A stretch of 64,000 nucleotides of DNA from contig JAAOMT010000735.1 of the NCBI GenBank assembly GCA_016748015.1, forward strand, positions 248,001-312,000, in the 5' to 3' direction. Position numbers and translations under genes: made by a program. The DNA is from Geosiphon pyriformis uo1. Its lineage: Eukaryota; Fungi; Glomeromycota. This document shows positions 11,304 through 23,872 of this stretch, in pieces. The notes below the pieces were generated by a model that worked only from the letters and a program-made list of their open reading frames with translations, had not been told where the DNA came from and did not search any database. Position 1 is the stretch's first letter. Every line of letters starts with the position of its first letter.

Positions 11304-13400
11304 ATGGAAACTTCTGAATTATTCACAAATTCCAAAGGGGATCAGGCTCAAGATGATTCGACCTCTATGAAAATTCTAAGGAATGAAAGAGAGCTTGATT
11401 TAATCTCAAAAAGTGATTCTTATCCTTCAACACCTTCAGGTTCTAGCGGACAAGAAATCCTTCTAAATTTATTGTCAGAATCTTTTGAGCCCTCGCAACG
11501 ATGCCAAGTAGATAATGAATGGTCAAAAGACTATTTAAACCGATTGGCTTCTTTACCTCTGGAATCGCTTAAACACGAACCAATTGTACTTCAGGAGGAG
11601 GAAACTAAGATTCGGTCAGAACTGGCTGAACTATCTTTCCGTGAATATAAATCTTTTATTCATATTAGTACATGTAAAACGGATATAAATCAATATCTGG
11701 AGAGTCTGAGATCACATTTGTTAGAGTTATCTTCCACAATTCCAAGATTGGAAGAATGTTGCTCATTATTTACTCGAGAAGCAGCAAAGATCTCAGAAAA
11801 GCGTGCTAAAATCAACACTATTATTGATCAACAGGAAAATTTGTTAAACATACTCGAAATTCCCCACTTGATGGATATTTGCGTTCGCAACGAGCTCTAT
11901 TCTGAGGCCATGGATATTTCTACACATGTCTCGCGTCTTGTTACGCGGTATCCTAAAGTTCTATTGATACAGCAGATAGAAAAGGAAGTCAAATCTACAA
12001 CGCAATTAATGTTATCCCGTTTGATTAAATTATTCAGTGAACCAATCAAATTGCCTAGCTGTTCGAAAATTGTTGGATATCTGCGCAGAATGGAAGCATT
12101 CGATGAGTCTGAACTCAGACTTGTGTTCTTACTGTCTAGAAATTCATATTTGCAATTATTAATGCGAGGGATTGAAAATGAAAAGAGAGATCCTGTTTAT
12201 TATTTGAAGAAGTATATTGATATTTTTCGAGAACATTTTTTTGATATTGTTATACATTATCGTGCCGTTTTTCCTGATGACGGTGGACTATCTTCGACCT
12301 CGAGCTATACACTCTCATTCTCCCCAACAATCCAATTATTCCCTTCTACCACACCTTCATCTGATAATAGTTTTTCGCTTCGACCTATTCTAACTGCTTC
12401 TACTATGCTTTCGGACTATACAATTTATATTCTTGGCCAATTAACTTCTGTCCTTTCAGAATTTATCCCTTTAATTTCAGATACTTCCTCTCTTTCGTCG
12501 ATATTAACGCAATTAATGTATTGTGGGATGTCGCTTGGTCGGGTGGGTGTTGATTTCCGACATCTTGTTACAGGCTACTTTGAAAGTGCTGTTGATCGAA
12601 TAATTCGAAAAATGATCTCGGATTCAACTCAAGATTTAATCAAAAAATTTGAAGATGCTATTGCAAAAGCGGATTATTCCACTTCATGGATAATTGATGA
12701 AAAGAGATCATCTTCAACCAACTTTATAGATTTTATTCCTTCTTTACGATCAACATCATCGCTTTCAACCTCTGCAGCATCTGCACCTTTCACACCTCTA
12801 ATGATACTATTGGATTACCCTCCAATAGCTCATTTAACCAATGGTTATCTTGGTGCCTTCAATTCACTCCGCTTGCTTGCTCCTGTTTCTCTATATCACC
12901 AGATTGGCAATCATCTATCCTCTAACCTTTTAGCTATAGCTGATACTTTGTGTCATTATGGTAGATTCCTTAATGATGGAGGTTATAGCATTCGGGATCT
13001 GCAAAGCTTTTGTGGAACCTTTGCAAAAATATTTGTGCCATATATAACGAGGTGTTATGTGGATGGAGTTTATGGTGGTTTAGTGCAGCTAGATGAGGAT
13101 GAAGGTCTCGATGAAATTGACTCCGATGTTAATGAGACTAATAACTTCTTGATTATCGAAAAATACAAAATTTGGAATTCTCTTAGAGATTTTTTGCCAG
13201 TTGATAGCGACAAAGATGCACTCAGTTATACCAATGGTGGAATGTTTAAGGACAGTGAAGATAAAATGAAAGAAATAGAAGTTTTTAATCAGATTGATAT
13301 GATAAATGGCCATGTTGAGGATGCGATAAAGGATATCAAGGAGAAAAACAATTTAAACAACACCCCTTATCATAGCATCGAAAATATAAAAAACAATTGA
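11304..13400 (+). CDS. COG8: Conserved oligomeric Golgi complex subunit 8 (Dor1 family), 698 aa
   Basis: Dor1 motifs LLNILEIPHLMDICVRNELYSEA, IVGYLRRM, KKYIDIFREHFFDIVIHYRAVF, SILTQLMYCGMSLGRVGVDF, LLDYPPIAHLTNGYLGAFNSLRL. Confidence 0.95.
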   Translation: METSELFTNSKGDQAQDDSTSMKILRNERELDLISKSDSYPSTPSGSSGQEILLNLLSESFEPSQRCQVDNEWSKDYLNRLASLPLESLKHEPIVLQEEETKIRSELAELSFREYKSFIHISTCKTDINQYLESLRSHLLELSSTIPRLEECCSLFTREAAKISEKRAKINTIIDQQENLLNILEIPHLMDICVRNELYSEAMDISTHVSRLVTRYPKVLLIQQIEKEVKSTTQLMLSRLIKLFSEPIKLPSCSKIVGYLRRMEAFDESELRLVFLLSRNSYLQLLMRGIENEKRDPVYYLKKYIDIFREHFFDIVIHYRAVFPDDGGLSSTSSYTLSFSPTIQLFPSTTPSSDNSFSLRPILTASTMLSDYTIYILGQLTSVLSEFIPLISDTSSLSSILTQLMYCGMSLGRVGVDFRHLVTGYFESAVDRIIRKMISDSTQDLIKKFEDAIAKADYSTSWIIDEKRSSSTNFIDFIPSLRSTSSLSTSAASAPFTPLMILLDYPPIAHLTNGYLGAFNSLRLLAPVSLYHQIGNHLSSNLLAIADTLCHYGRFLNDGGYSIRDLQSFCGTFAKIFVPYITRCYVDGVYGGLVQLDEDEGLDEIDSDVNETNNFLIIEKYKIWNSLRDFLPVDSDKDALSYTNGGMFKDSEDKMKEIEVFNQIDMINGHVEDAIKDIKEKNNLNNTPYHSIENIKNN

Positions 13401-14063
13401 AGTTTAGTTCAAAATTTCCAATTTTCAAAATAGATTATTAATGTAATTCTACAGAAAAAATTATATTTGTAATTATAGATCGATATTTTAGAAATAATAA
13501 CCTTATAAATTTGCCTTTCAATCCCATTGAGGCACGTTTCGATGTTTTTCACGGCAATACATCTAGATTTTTTAAACAAAGAAACCTTAAATTTCAATTA
13601 TAAAATGTGAAATTCTATATTTTCTTTCAAGACAACCTTTAGTATATGGGTTTATCACCTATTCATATCTCGACTTCCGGTTTAACAGTAAACATAAAGC
13701 AGCAATTTAAGTAGGCCTTTATTTAAATTATCAGAAACGGTGATCCGATTATGAAAACTGATTTCGGGGAAGAAATCATAGATCACTCTTTTTTAATAGT
13801 CAATTTCCATCCACTCGTTTATATCCTATTTCGTATAATGCATTTCCAAGAAGTGCATATGATCTTTAGCAGGTAGAAGCTCTTTTCATCGAATGATCAT
13901 TGGTTGCTTCTGGTTTTCTAAATATGTCAGTCGGAGGAAGAGAATGCGAATATTGTAAGAATAAGGGTTTTGGGCAACATTAATCGAGGTTATTGATTGT
14001 TTCAACACAAACTGCGTATTCATTCACAAAAGAATCAAATACATAACAGAAAACGCCAAACCT

Positions 14064-14902
14064 TTATGAACTTGTTGGTAATTCGGCAGCCGGACCATAA
14101 ATCTGGTGACATCTTCCTTCGAAAGCATTGACCATCAGCAAGCTGACCTTATCGAAAAATATATTTGAGACCTGAGCGTAAATTGGGGATGCGAACTCGA
14201 ACTCTAAATCAAAACTGAGGGTGCAATGTGTCTTGGGAAATGCATAATGCGGATGGAATCTCCATATTGATGTAAGATGTTGAAATATTTTATCTGAAGA
14301 TGCTATAGCCTAAATCAAGAGAGGCAAATAGAAAAACAAATGTGAGTTCAATGACTAAATATTTAAAACTATTCGGGGGGTTTCGGGTTTTCCTTTTACT
14401 TTGACAAAATTTGGTCGATCACAAGTGACCTCTGAAATATATGTTTCTTCGAACCCGTTAAAACCCACACCAAGTTCGGCTGTCATGAATTCTTTTTTAT
14501 AATCAAGGCATTCATGCGTTAGAACGGTCGATTTTGTGCAATATGGTATAAAAAGTTGGTATTCGTTAATATTCGACACAACTTCGTAAAGTTGAGCCTG
14601 TGTGTATCTAGTAATTCAAAAGAAAATGAGAGATTGAGAAAAGTTTAGTTTCGATATCGAAATCTGAAAGATCAAAAATATTGCGTTGATCTCGTTAGAT
14701 ACCCTATGCTTTTATCACCTGTATATTTCTTTGCAGAAGACAAGAGGTCAGTTAAATTTGGATAACTAAGGAAACAACGGGTTTGTGTTGAAACCACATT
14801 GATTTGATTTTTTTTTAGCAATAAACTCCTTGATGATTTCGAAAGAATTGATTTTGAGGTATCTAATGCCACTCGGGCCAAATTTAAGCCTTTGTTTAAC
14901 AT
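14064..14902 (-). CDS. COQ10: Coenzyme Q-binding START-domain protein COQ10; exons 14902-14703, 14607-14400, 14309-14064
   Basis: GT..AG introns 14702-14608 and 14399-14310 splice in frame: mitochondrial-type leader, then KSIG|YTQAQLYEVVSNINEYQLFIPYC..AELGVGFNGFEETYISEV..FVK|AIASSDKIFQHLTSIWRF..FEFASPIYAQVSNIFFDKVS..AFEGRCHQIYG; TAA at 14066-14064. Confidence 0.92.
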
Positions 14903-16052
14903 CTTGTCTATGTACTATTTTCTGGAAATCATTAACTTTTTGCACACACAATTTATCAAAATCACGTGAAAACATGAATTGTTGGTATTATTTTTTTGTT
15001 TCTTGGGTCCTAAACAGATAAGTCTCGAACATTTTTTTTCAACACTTTATGCGTCCTCAAGATCTTGATGCCCTACTTTGTCATCACTCTTTGTCTTTGA
15101 AAGTTTCGCAAATCCCCTTTTGCCTTGAACGATATCGCACCTTCTGTTAGGCCAACAACAAATAAACCCATTTCCTTTATAGCTTGGAGCGAGAAACCAA
15201 AAGACTTGGCTGTCTTGTTAAACCGACCCACATAAGAGGTCGCTTTTAAGTTTCTTAGAGGTTCTAATCACTTAATCTGTGACGCCCAACATAAGTGCGT
15301 TTCAAAATTATAGATATATTTTTTTAAAATTACAAATTTAGTAATATAACAATAATAATAATAAGTATATTTAAAAATATTTAATAATTTATTTTATTTA
15401 AAACCAAAAAACTTTTATAATTATTTTAATTATTTTTGGTTTTTAAATTATTAATAATTTTTTTCTTTTTTTTATAACCACAATTAAAGCAAAAAATAAA
15501 AAAAGCAAACATTATTTTTTTATAGTTTTCAAAAGTATTATAAAAATTAAAATAACAAAAAAGCAAATTTTTTTTTAACCATTATTATTACTGTTTTAAA
15601 TTCTGTTTTTTTTAATATTTTTAATTATTAATATTAATTATAATATTTGGTTTTATTTTGATTGTAAACAATAATTTTTTGTCTATTTTAAACAATAATA
15701 ATAATAATATATTTAACAAATTGGTTTTAAGTTAATAATTAATTTTATTATTTAAAATTATTTTTTTTTTATTAATAAGTAAAGTTCAATTATTATTTAA
15801 TACAATACAATTATTTAGAATTCTAAATTAAATATAATTTATATACTTTCTATATATAACCAATTAATTGGCCAATTAAAATAATACTATACAATTATAT
15901 TAACAAAAACATTATTATTAATATTAATAAAAAACAATCAATTCTAAAATTAAAAATAATTATATAATTTTTTATTATTTTTAATAATTTTATAATACTT
16001 TTTAACAACTTATCTAAAAAATTTTAAATATTAATTTACATTAACTTATTAT

Positions 16053-16946
16053 TGTTATTATGAGTAAATTTTTTAATTAAATATTGGTAATTTCTATAAC
16101 TTGATATTTAAATTTATTATAATATATTCTGAAGATTTTTTGAAGAATTTAGATTAAAATTCTTTGTATAATAAACAGAAATTTACTTAATAATAATTAA
16201 TTATTAATTTAATAATTTTTTTAACTTGATAACTAGTTAATTCTGATATTTATATTCTTTTAATAAGTAATTCTAATTTTTTAATTATGTTTATGTTCTT
16301 TTCTAGTATTTTTTATTAAACAATTTTTAATATTAGAATCTTAATGTTTTTTTTATAATTAGTTAATAATTCAAAATAAATACAATTAATAAAATAATAA
16401 AGTAATAATTAATATTTTATTAATAATTATAATTAAGAGCTATTGTTTTAGTATTATTGAATAACTATTATAGATAATAATAACATTAATATTATAATAA
16501 TATAAGTATTAATATGATAATTTTGAATTCATTAATTGATAAATAAATTTGAAAATTTTATTAAATAGTTTAATTAAATTATAAGAATTAATAAAAGTAA
16601 AAATAACTAAACTGATCTTAAAATAAGTTTGTTTTATTGTTTTGCATGAAATAACTAACTGATTAACTAATAAACTGCTAAATTAATAAATTAATAAACT
16701 AATATTTTTGATTTTTATCACTTCTGTTATATATACATAAATTTTTATAATATGAAATTTCTAAAATTTTTACAATTTTTTTGAATTATTGTTGAAATTT
16801 TGGCATTTTTGTTAGTAATTTTAGAATTTTTAAAATTTATATTAGTAATCTTAAAATTTTTTAATATTATATATTCTAATAATCTTTTATTTTGCTATTG
16901 GCTATTTATGCTATTATTTTTTTATGTTTTTTTTCTATTAGTAATA
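16053..16946 (-). mobile_element. Decayed solo LTR (A/C-related)
   Basis: TGTTA...GTAATA termini; LTR motifs tctttgtataataaacagaaa (~16161) and aagagctattgttttagt (~16435); flanks ttat/ttgt consistent with a 4-bp TSD. Confidence 0.6.
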
Positions 16947-17051
16947 TTGTTTAATAAATTATTTTTTTTTAATTTTGTTGGCCAATAGTTACTTATTAGT
17001 CCAAAATGAATTTAGTAATATTGAAATGAGAATTTGGCAAATTTTAAATAG

Positions 17052-18011
17052 TATTACTGGAGGTTTTTGGTCTCTTTTCTTGAATCTTGTAAATGTCTAT
17101 TGGTTGCAAATTCACATTTTTTTCGAAGTAGTTAAACCTCCAATAACTGAATTTATTCTCAAATTATTTCCTATAATTTGAACTGCTGGGCTTATATGTG
17201 GAATGGCCAATTCTGTGCCAGTTACTTTGTATAGTTACATTGTAGTAAACATCAACTCTTTCCCAGGAATTGCTTGTCTGAAAGCTTACTAAAATGTGTA
17301 GTTACTTTGCTGTGAAAGTCAACTCTTTTACAAAAATCTCGTTTGTAGGCTACCTTAATGATTGTAATAAGAAAAGAAAAGAAAAATAAAAGAAATGTAA
17401 AAGAAATAGGATTTTATCAAGGGAAACGTTTTCTATTTAGGCCTGGAGTTACTAACAGTTTACTAAAATTGGTAGCTACTCAATTTCAAAATGTTAGTTG
17501 GGTTTTGGGGATTTTCCAAGTGCAATAATTAAAGAATTTGGTTTTTTGAATTATTTGATATTTATTTTTTTTTGTGTGTGTAAGAATAATTCTAATTGTT
17601 AAATCTGAAGTGAGATACATTTCCTTAAAGAGAGAAGCTCTTCTTTTATACAACTTGTTGTAACACTATTCTATGAACTTAAACTTTGCTATTTTCTATA
17701 ATTTCACTGAACTAAAGATACATTTTGGCAAACTACAAGTTATTTCTGTGAATTATTAGATATTTTGGCGAACTATCAATTATTTCGGCGAACTTTTTGA
17801 ATGTTACATAGTTTAGGGTATTGCATGACTGATCATTGCAATTAAGTTACATTTGTGTTATGTACAAATTGGGTTATTAATTAAATGATAATTTCGTATA
17901 TTTTGCTAATGTAATAAGTGATAATTTGAAACGATAATATATGCTAATTAATGATAAGATTTATAAGGGTAATTTCATGCTAAACAATATTTCTAATTTC
18001 GTCTGGTAACA
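17052..18011 (-). repeat. 3' LTR of element B
   Basis: Direct repeat of 29828-30808; TGTTA/TAACA-type termini; adjacent PPT. Confidence 0.93.
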
Positions 18012-18022
18012 TAATCTCCTCC

Positions 18023-18699
18023 TCAAAACTGAGTTCTGTCGAAGTCCAAATACTGTCTGTAATTTCCAGATAATAATCCAAAATTATTGAAGAAATTTGG
18101 TCTGAAAATTGTTGAAATTTCAGTTCTGTGAGCTTTTCAATGTATTGAATTTTCAAAGACTGTAAAATTGGGTTTTGTAGGATGTTTTCACAGGTGTGGA
18201 ATAGGTTATAAAGTCTAAGAGCAGCTCTTAGTTTATAATGACTGTTTATAGGCCCAGCTGTTGTTTTGAATTCATTGTAGAGTTGTTTCCGAATAGCTTC
18301 TTTTGTGAGATTTGCTGCTGTAAGCTTTAGTTTTCACTCATGAAGTGTTTTTTCAATATAAAAATATCTATATATTGGGGGGTATTTGCCATTTTCTTCA
18401 TTAAGACACAGTTGAAGTTTTTGTTGAATAATAGCATTTGGTGAAATACTAATAAGAGTAAGCAATAAGTTTTCTCTTAAAGCAAACTTCAAAAGTTCTG
18501 GTAAATGAATTCCAGAATAACTTCTTGTGTTCTTTCTATAAGGGTAATACTTTCATAAATTTGGGGCTAGATTTGTAACTATTTCTGTTTGGGTATAATT
18601 AATATGTTTTCCAGTGATAGTAATGAATAATTCAGGTATTGTTTTTAAAGCTAACATTAATTTTTGAGATAACTGTTGAATATTTTGAGGAATAGTCAT
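18023..18699 (-). pseudogene. Post-integrase extra ORF (ORF3) of element B, disrupted
   Basis: MTIPQNIQQLSQKLML...YKLRAALRLYNLFHTCENILQNPILQSLKIQYIEKLTELKFQQF...DFDRTQF*; homologous to ORF3 of A, C and G; ends at the PPT. Confidence 0.7.
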
Positions 18700-18899
18700 T
18701 ATAATGAAATTAGAAAAAGAAAAAAAATAAAATTGAAATTATTTTTGGTATGTGGGTTTTTATGTTATTTTTTGTTTTTTTTGTTTTTTTTGTTTTTTTT
18801 GGTTTTTCTTAGCATGCTTTGTTTTGTTTTTGTTGTAATATGTTTCTAAATTATAAGGGAATAACTATAATAAAATTGAAATTAAGTGTTCAAATTAGG

Positions 18900-21633
18900 A
18901 GGTTGTTTAATGACAACTATTGGTTCTAAGTTTCGGGGAATGTCTTTGAGATTGATTAAAGGAGAATGTGTACCAATTTGTGGAATTAATGGTTCAGGAT
19001 TGTTTTTGGAATTATAGTGTTTCAAATAATCTTCATGTGCAACTTTTGCTAGGATTTTGTCATCAAGTCTTAGCTTGTATGATCTATTGTCTAAAACTTT
19101 ATAGATAAAGAATGGTCCATCCCATTTATTTTCGAATTTTCCACTCTATTGTTTTTCAGCTTTTGTTCTGTATAAGTGAACTTTGTTTCCAATTTTAAAT
19201 TCATTGGTGACTGAAGGCAATTTGTCATTATGCCATTTTTTTTGTTGAGCTTGGGAGTGTTCAATATGGGTGGCTGCTATTTGTCGTTTTCCTTCCAATG
19301 TGCTAAGCAGAGTGTAGGCTCTTCGCTGAAGCATTTCCTGGAAATTGTTTTCATCAATTGGTTGTGCTGGGTATGTTTCCACTGTGAAACTAATTGGTAA
19401 CGTTGCTGTCTTTCCGTAAGTTAAATCAAATGGTGTGTGTTTTGTGGTATCTTGTTTTAGTGTCCTATATGCTAGTAACACTAATGGGATAAAAATATTC
19501 CATTCTTGCTCAAAATCGGTTGAGACTTTGGCTAGTGATTCATACAGTGTCCTATTAAAACGTTCTACAAGCCCATTTGTTTGTGGATAGTAGGGCAAAG
19601 ATAATGGTCTCTTGACATTAAATCGTTCACAAATTTCCTGGATTAAATTGTTCATGAAATGTGTTCTTTGATCAGATAAAAGTTCTATTGGGCATTTATG
19701 TCTACAAATAATGTCTTCATAGATGAAGTTTGCTACTGATTTTGCATCTGCTCGTTGAATGGCTCTGGCTTTGGGCCATTTGATAAGATAGTTTACAGCT
19801 ACTGCAATATAATGGTTTCTTTGGTTTGTAATAGGTAGTGGTCTGACTAAATCGATACCAACTCTGTCAAAAGGCTGTTCAACTTTAATTGGGTTTAAAG
19901 ATTCTGTAGAGTGAGTTCTTTCTCTTCTTTGACAACTATCACAAGATTTAACGTATTTATAAATGTCTTTTCTCATTTGAGGCCAAAAGTAATATCTAAT
20001 GTTCTCTGGGTGGTGCTGTCTTTTCCTAGGTGTGCTGATGAAAGGTCTGAGTGCATGTTATATAGAATGGTTTTTTTTTCATGTTCTTGTATTAATCTGA
20101 ATGGATTGTCTGGGTTTCTGAAGTTTCAATAATAAATCATGTTGTTGTGTAGGAAGTATTGTTTGGCTTGTTGTTGTAACCAATGTTTTTCATCTGGGGA
20201 CCAATCTGTTGGGATTGTTAATGTTTTCAAATATTGTTTAAGATTGTTGTAGTTTTTAGGGTTCATTGTTTATTGTTTTGTTGTTAATTCAAATAAATGT
20301 TGTTTTTATGTTTTAATCTTGCCTCATTCTTGAGAGACAATCAACATTGGTGTGGAGTTTTCCTGGTTTGTGATGTACAATGTATCAGTAGTTGGCTAAA
20401 AATCCTGTCTATTGGATTTGTTTTGTATTTAGCTGAGTGTTTTTGTTCTGAAGCTATTTGAGTCCAATATTATTAGTAATAATATCAAATTTTTTAGGTC
20501 TGAGATAAAAGTTGAAGTGATGTAGGGCCCAAATTACTGCTGCAGTTTCTAATTTTGTTGCAGGGTAGTTTTTTTTAGCTGGCTTCAATGTTCTGCTAGT
20601 ATAAGTAATTACTCGCTTATTTCCATTATTATCTAACTATGATAGAATAGCACTAAAGGCAGTATAAGAAGTATTTGTTGCTAATCAGAATTGGTTGCTG
20701 AAATCTGGGTAGACAAGAATTGGAGCTGTGGTTAGTTTTTCTTTGAGGATTTTAAATGCATTTTGGTGTTCAACAGTCCATTTGTATTCGACATTTTTGG
20801 TGGTAAGCTGGTTGAGAGGTTTTGTGATTTCTGAAAATTCTTTGATACTTTTTTTCTTTTTCACAAGTTTTCTGGTAAACTTCCGATAATAAGAGGCTAA
20901 CCCTATGAATTCTTTTAATTCTATAGTGTTTTGAGGAATTTTGAAGTTTTTGACAGTGCTGATTTTTCCAGGGTCTGGTTTAATTCCATCTTTACTAATA
21001 ATATGACCAAGGAAGGCCAAACTTGTTTTTCTAAAGTAGCATTTTTCAATGTTGAGTTTTAGTCCTGCTTTTCATAATCGTTGAAAAACTTCTCACAGGT
21101 GTTTTAAGTGTAATTCAAACAATGGAGAATAAACATCAGTATCGTCAAGATAAATGACTACTGACTTCCAAAGGAGTTCTTAGTACACAACATCCATAGC
21201 AACTTGCCAGTAACCACTTTCTAAATCTAGGGTTGAAAAGTATTTGGATTTTCCAAGGGCATCTAACATGTTATCAATTTGGGGAAGGGAGTAGGCATCT
21301 CCAATTGTAACACTATTGAGTTGTTGATAGTTAACACAAAATTGTATCTTTCCATTTTTTTTTAACTAGCACTACAGGTAAAGCCCAAGAACTCATGGAG
21401 AGTTGAATGAGCCCGTTGTTAAGCATTCATTGTACTTCTTTTCGGATGAATTGGTGGCTTTCTGGAGCAACTCGGTAGGCTTGTTGTCGCCTTGGTTTGG
21501 CATCTCCTGTGTAGATTTGATGTTGAACCAAATTGGTTCTTCCTAAGTCATTGTTGTTTTCAGCAAAGATATTAGCAAATTCTGCAATTAGCTCTTTGAA
21601 CTGGTTTTGTTGTTGTGGTTCAAGTTGTCTCAT
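18900..21633 (-). pseudogene. RT-RNase H-integrase of element B (stops, frameshifts, internal deletion)
   Basis: RT (YLDD, FLGHIISKDGIKPDP), RH (YPDF..NYPATKLE), IN (YVKSCDSCQ, PFDRVGIDL, YYPQTNGLVERFNRTL, WDGPF); no chromodomain seen. Confidence 0.9.
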
Positions 21634-22069
21634 GTTAATTTAAGATAGTTTTTCCATAACAACATGGTAGTTTTTAGAGCTGGGATTTGGGTTGATTTTT
21701 GGTAGTGAATGTCCAATAATTTCAGAAAAATTGGGAACTGTTTGGGGTAATTTTTGTTGAAATATATTACTGTGAATAACTCCAATTTCTAAATTATTTA
21801 ATAAAACTATGGGGTAATTATTGGGGTTGTAAAAAGTAACTCGGACTTTTTTTGTTCCTTCTGAAATATAAATGTTTGGAATCAAAATATTATGTTCCAA
21901 GCAGACTTGTTTATTGGACTCAAAAATTTGTTGTGTGGTTGTTGGCTTTGGGCAGGTGTAGATTTCTGGATGTTCTTTAAAAGATGACATGGTAATTGGT
22001 TGTAGAAGTCTGAGAATCTGGTGGGATTTGTTCTGTGTGTTAAGAGCTATATTAACTGGAACTGTGAAT

Positions 22070-22500
22070 TGTCCAGTTGAACCAAAACCTTAGATTCTTC
22101 TATCACTTTTTTCTAATTGTTCTCTTTGATTGACTAGTTGCAAACCCGAAATGTTGATTAGGAGTAGGTAAATAGCTTGGGCAATTTTTTCAGCATGTTC
22201 AATTTTGAATGGTTTGTCAGTTTCATTTTGAAGCATCACCATAATGTCTCCAGTATATCCAGCATCAATTATTCCTCCTCTAACATTGATTCCTTTGCTT
22301 GCCAGAGAGAACCGGGAGGTGATTTGAACTATTGCTTCTGGCGGGATTTCGAGTGCAATTTTGAGGTTGATTTTTGTGAGAGATTTGGGTTTGAGAACAA
22401 GAGTATCTTTGTCTAGATATCTTAAGTCATATCCAGCATTAATGTCATGTGCTTTTTTGGGTTTTATTTCTTGTCCATTGTTGTTGAAGTATTTAAGTTG
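22070..22500 (-). pseudogene. dUTPase domain within pol of element B
   Basis: All five dUTPase motifs: AGYDL, SRFSLA, GIIDAGYTGDI, KIAQ, DRRI*GFGSTG. Confidence 0.92.
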
Positions 22501-22619
22501 TAAGGCAGGCTGATTTTTAATAAGATAGATGGATGTTGTTTCAATTTCTTCTGTTGCTTCAGGTTCTCCAAATTCAATTTCGTTCTTATCACTTTCACTG
22601 GGCAAGAGGATGCTAAGAG

Positions 22620-23250
22620 CGTAGCATTCAGGACACTACTGTTCATCACAAGGCATAATGCATTCTTCACATAACCTAATGTTTATTTGCTCTAATCATT
22701 GAATTTAAGCTTCTTGAGTTGGATAGGTGTGACTTGCAATTTGGTGGTAGACTTCTACTTTATCTTCATAATTGAATCCAGCTAATTCTATAGTGTATTC
22801 AATGTATTCTGCTTCTTTCATTTAACAGACATCTTCTTTGGTAGCTCCATTAATTAATGCCATTGCTAGGTCGAAAATCATCTCAGCATCATGGGAGTAG
22901 TGATAAAGTTTGTTAAGAGCACTGTTGTATGCCACATTAAAAGGTGTTCCTCTTTTTACTTTTTCTGAAATTGATAAAGCATATTGGTAGGTCTGATCGC
23001 AGACTCCTCCTCTTATTGCTACATCAATCCAATTGCATTCTTCTGGTAGCATATCTCCACAAGTCAAACAAGGGGTGTTGTTCCATTTTCTGCTTCTTTT
23101 TATTAGATGGCCCCATCGTTTTCTGTGGCAAGCCTTGCAGTAATAACAAGTATGATTTTCATATTCTTCTTCAGATGAAATACAGGCTCCCATTGATGAG
23201 AGTTTTTTTGTGGCAATCTTTGCATTTGAGTGGAATGTAAGGGTGTTGTT
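22620..23250 (-). pseudogene. Cys-rich (putative multi-Zn) domain between protease and dUTPase, element B
   Basis: CKDC..GAC..CYYCKAC..PCLTC..VCDQT..LCEECIMPCDEQ*CPEC; aligns with the same region in C and G. Confidence 0.7.
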
Positions 23251-23479
23251 TTTGTGGTTCTGGTTTTGAATAGGAGACATTCCATCCAGTTGTCACTGGT
23301 ACTTTTGTTTCAAGAGAATCATTTGTTGAAAAGTACTGTTGTTCAGTTTCATCAGCCCAATTGGAGGTTGATTCAAGTGCCATAAATGTTTCAATGATGG
23401 GCTTTTCTTTTTCCAGTTCGAATTCAAAAGCTGGAGCTTTTTTGGAGCGTTTGTTGAATGTACCAGAAGTGGCAGGTAC

Positions 23480-23872
23480 TCAGACGTGTTGTCTTTGGTA
23501 GGAGATTGTTAATTCTTGTGTCTCCCAATTCAGATTAGCATTGGCTTTTTGGAGCCAATTGTTTCTGATGAGAGCTTGGTATTGAGGAGCATCCATGATC
23601 AGAACTTTGACTGGAATGGTGATTCCGTCAATTGTGAATGGGAAATTGTCAATCTCTCCTACTGGAGTCTTTTTCATGCCATCAGCAGTGACAATGATTG
23701 TCTGAGCTGGTTGGTCAACATTTCTCTTTAGCTGCTGCATCAATTGATATGTGATAATGCTTCTGGCGGATCCATTGTCTAGGATCAAGCGAATTGACTT
23801 TCCTTCTACTTCAGCTTCTGTGTACATTACAGTGATGGCTTTTTGCTTGTTAGCCGCTACATTGCTAAGCAA
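23480..23872 (-). pseudogene. Retropepsin aspartic protease of element B
   Basis: IRLILDNGSARSII (decayed D-S-G) ... YQALIRNNWL. Confidence 0.88.

Noticed and set aside
4378-14902. HMG-box gene as a mating-type (sex/MAT) locus
   Set aside because: Neighbours are COG8, COQ10 and a Sel1 gene, not TPT/RNA helicase or APN2/SLA2; MATA-HMG genes are a large expanded family in Glomeromycotina.
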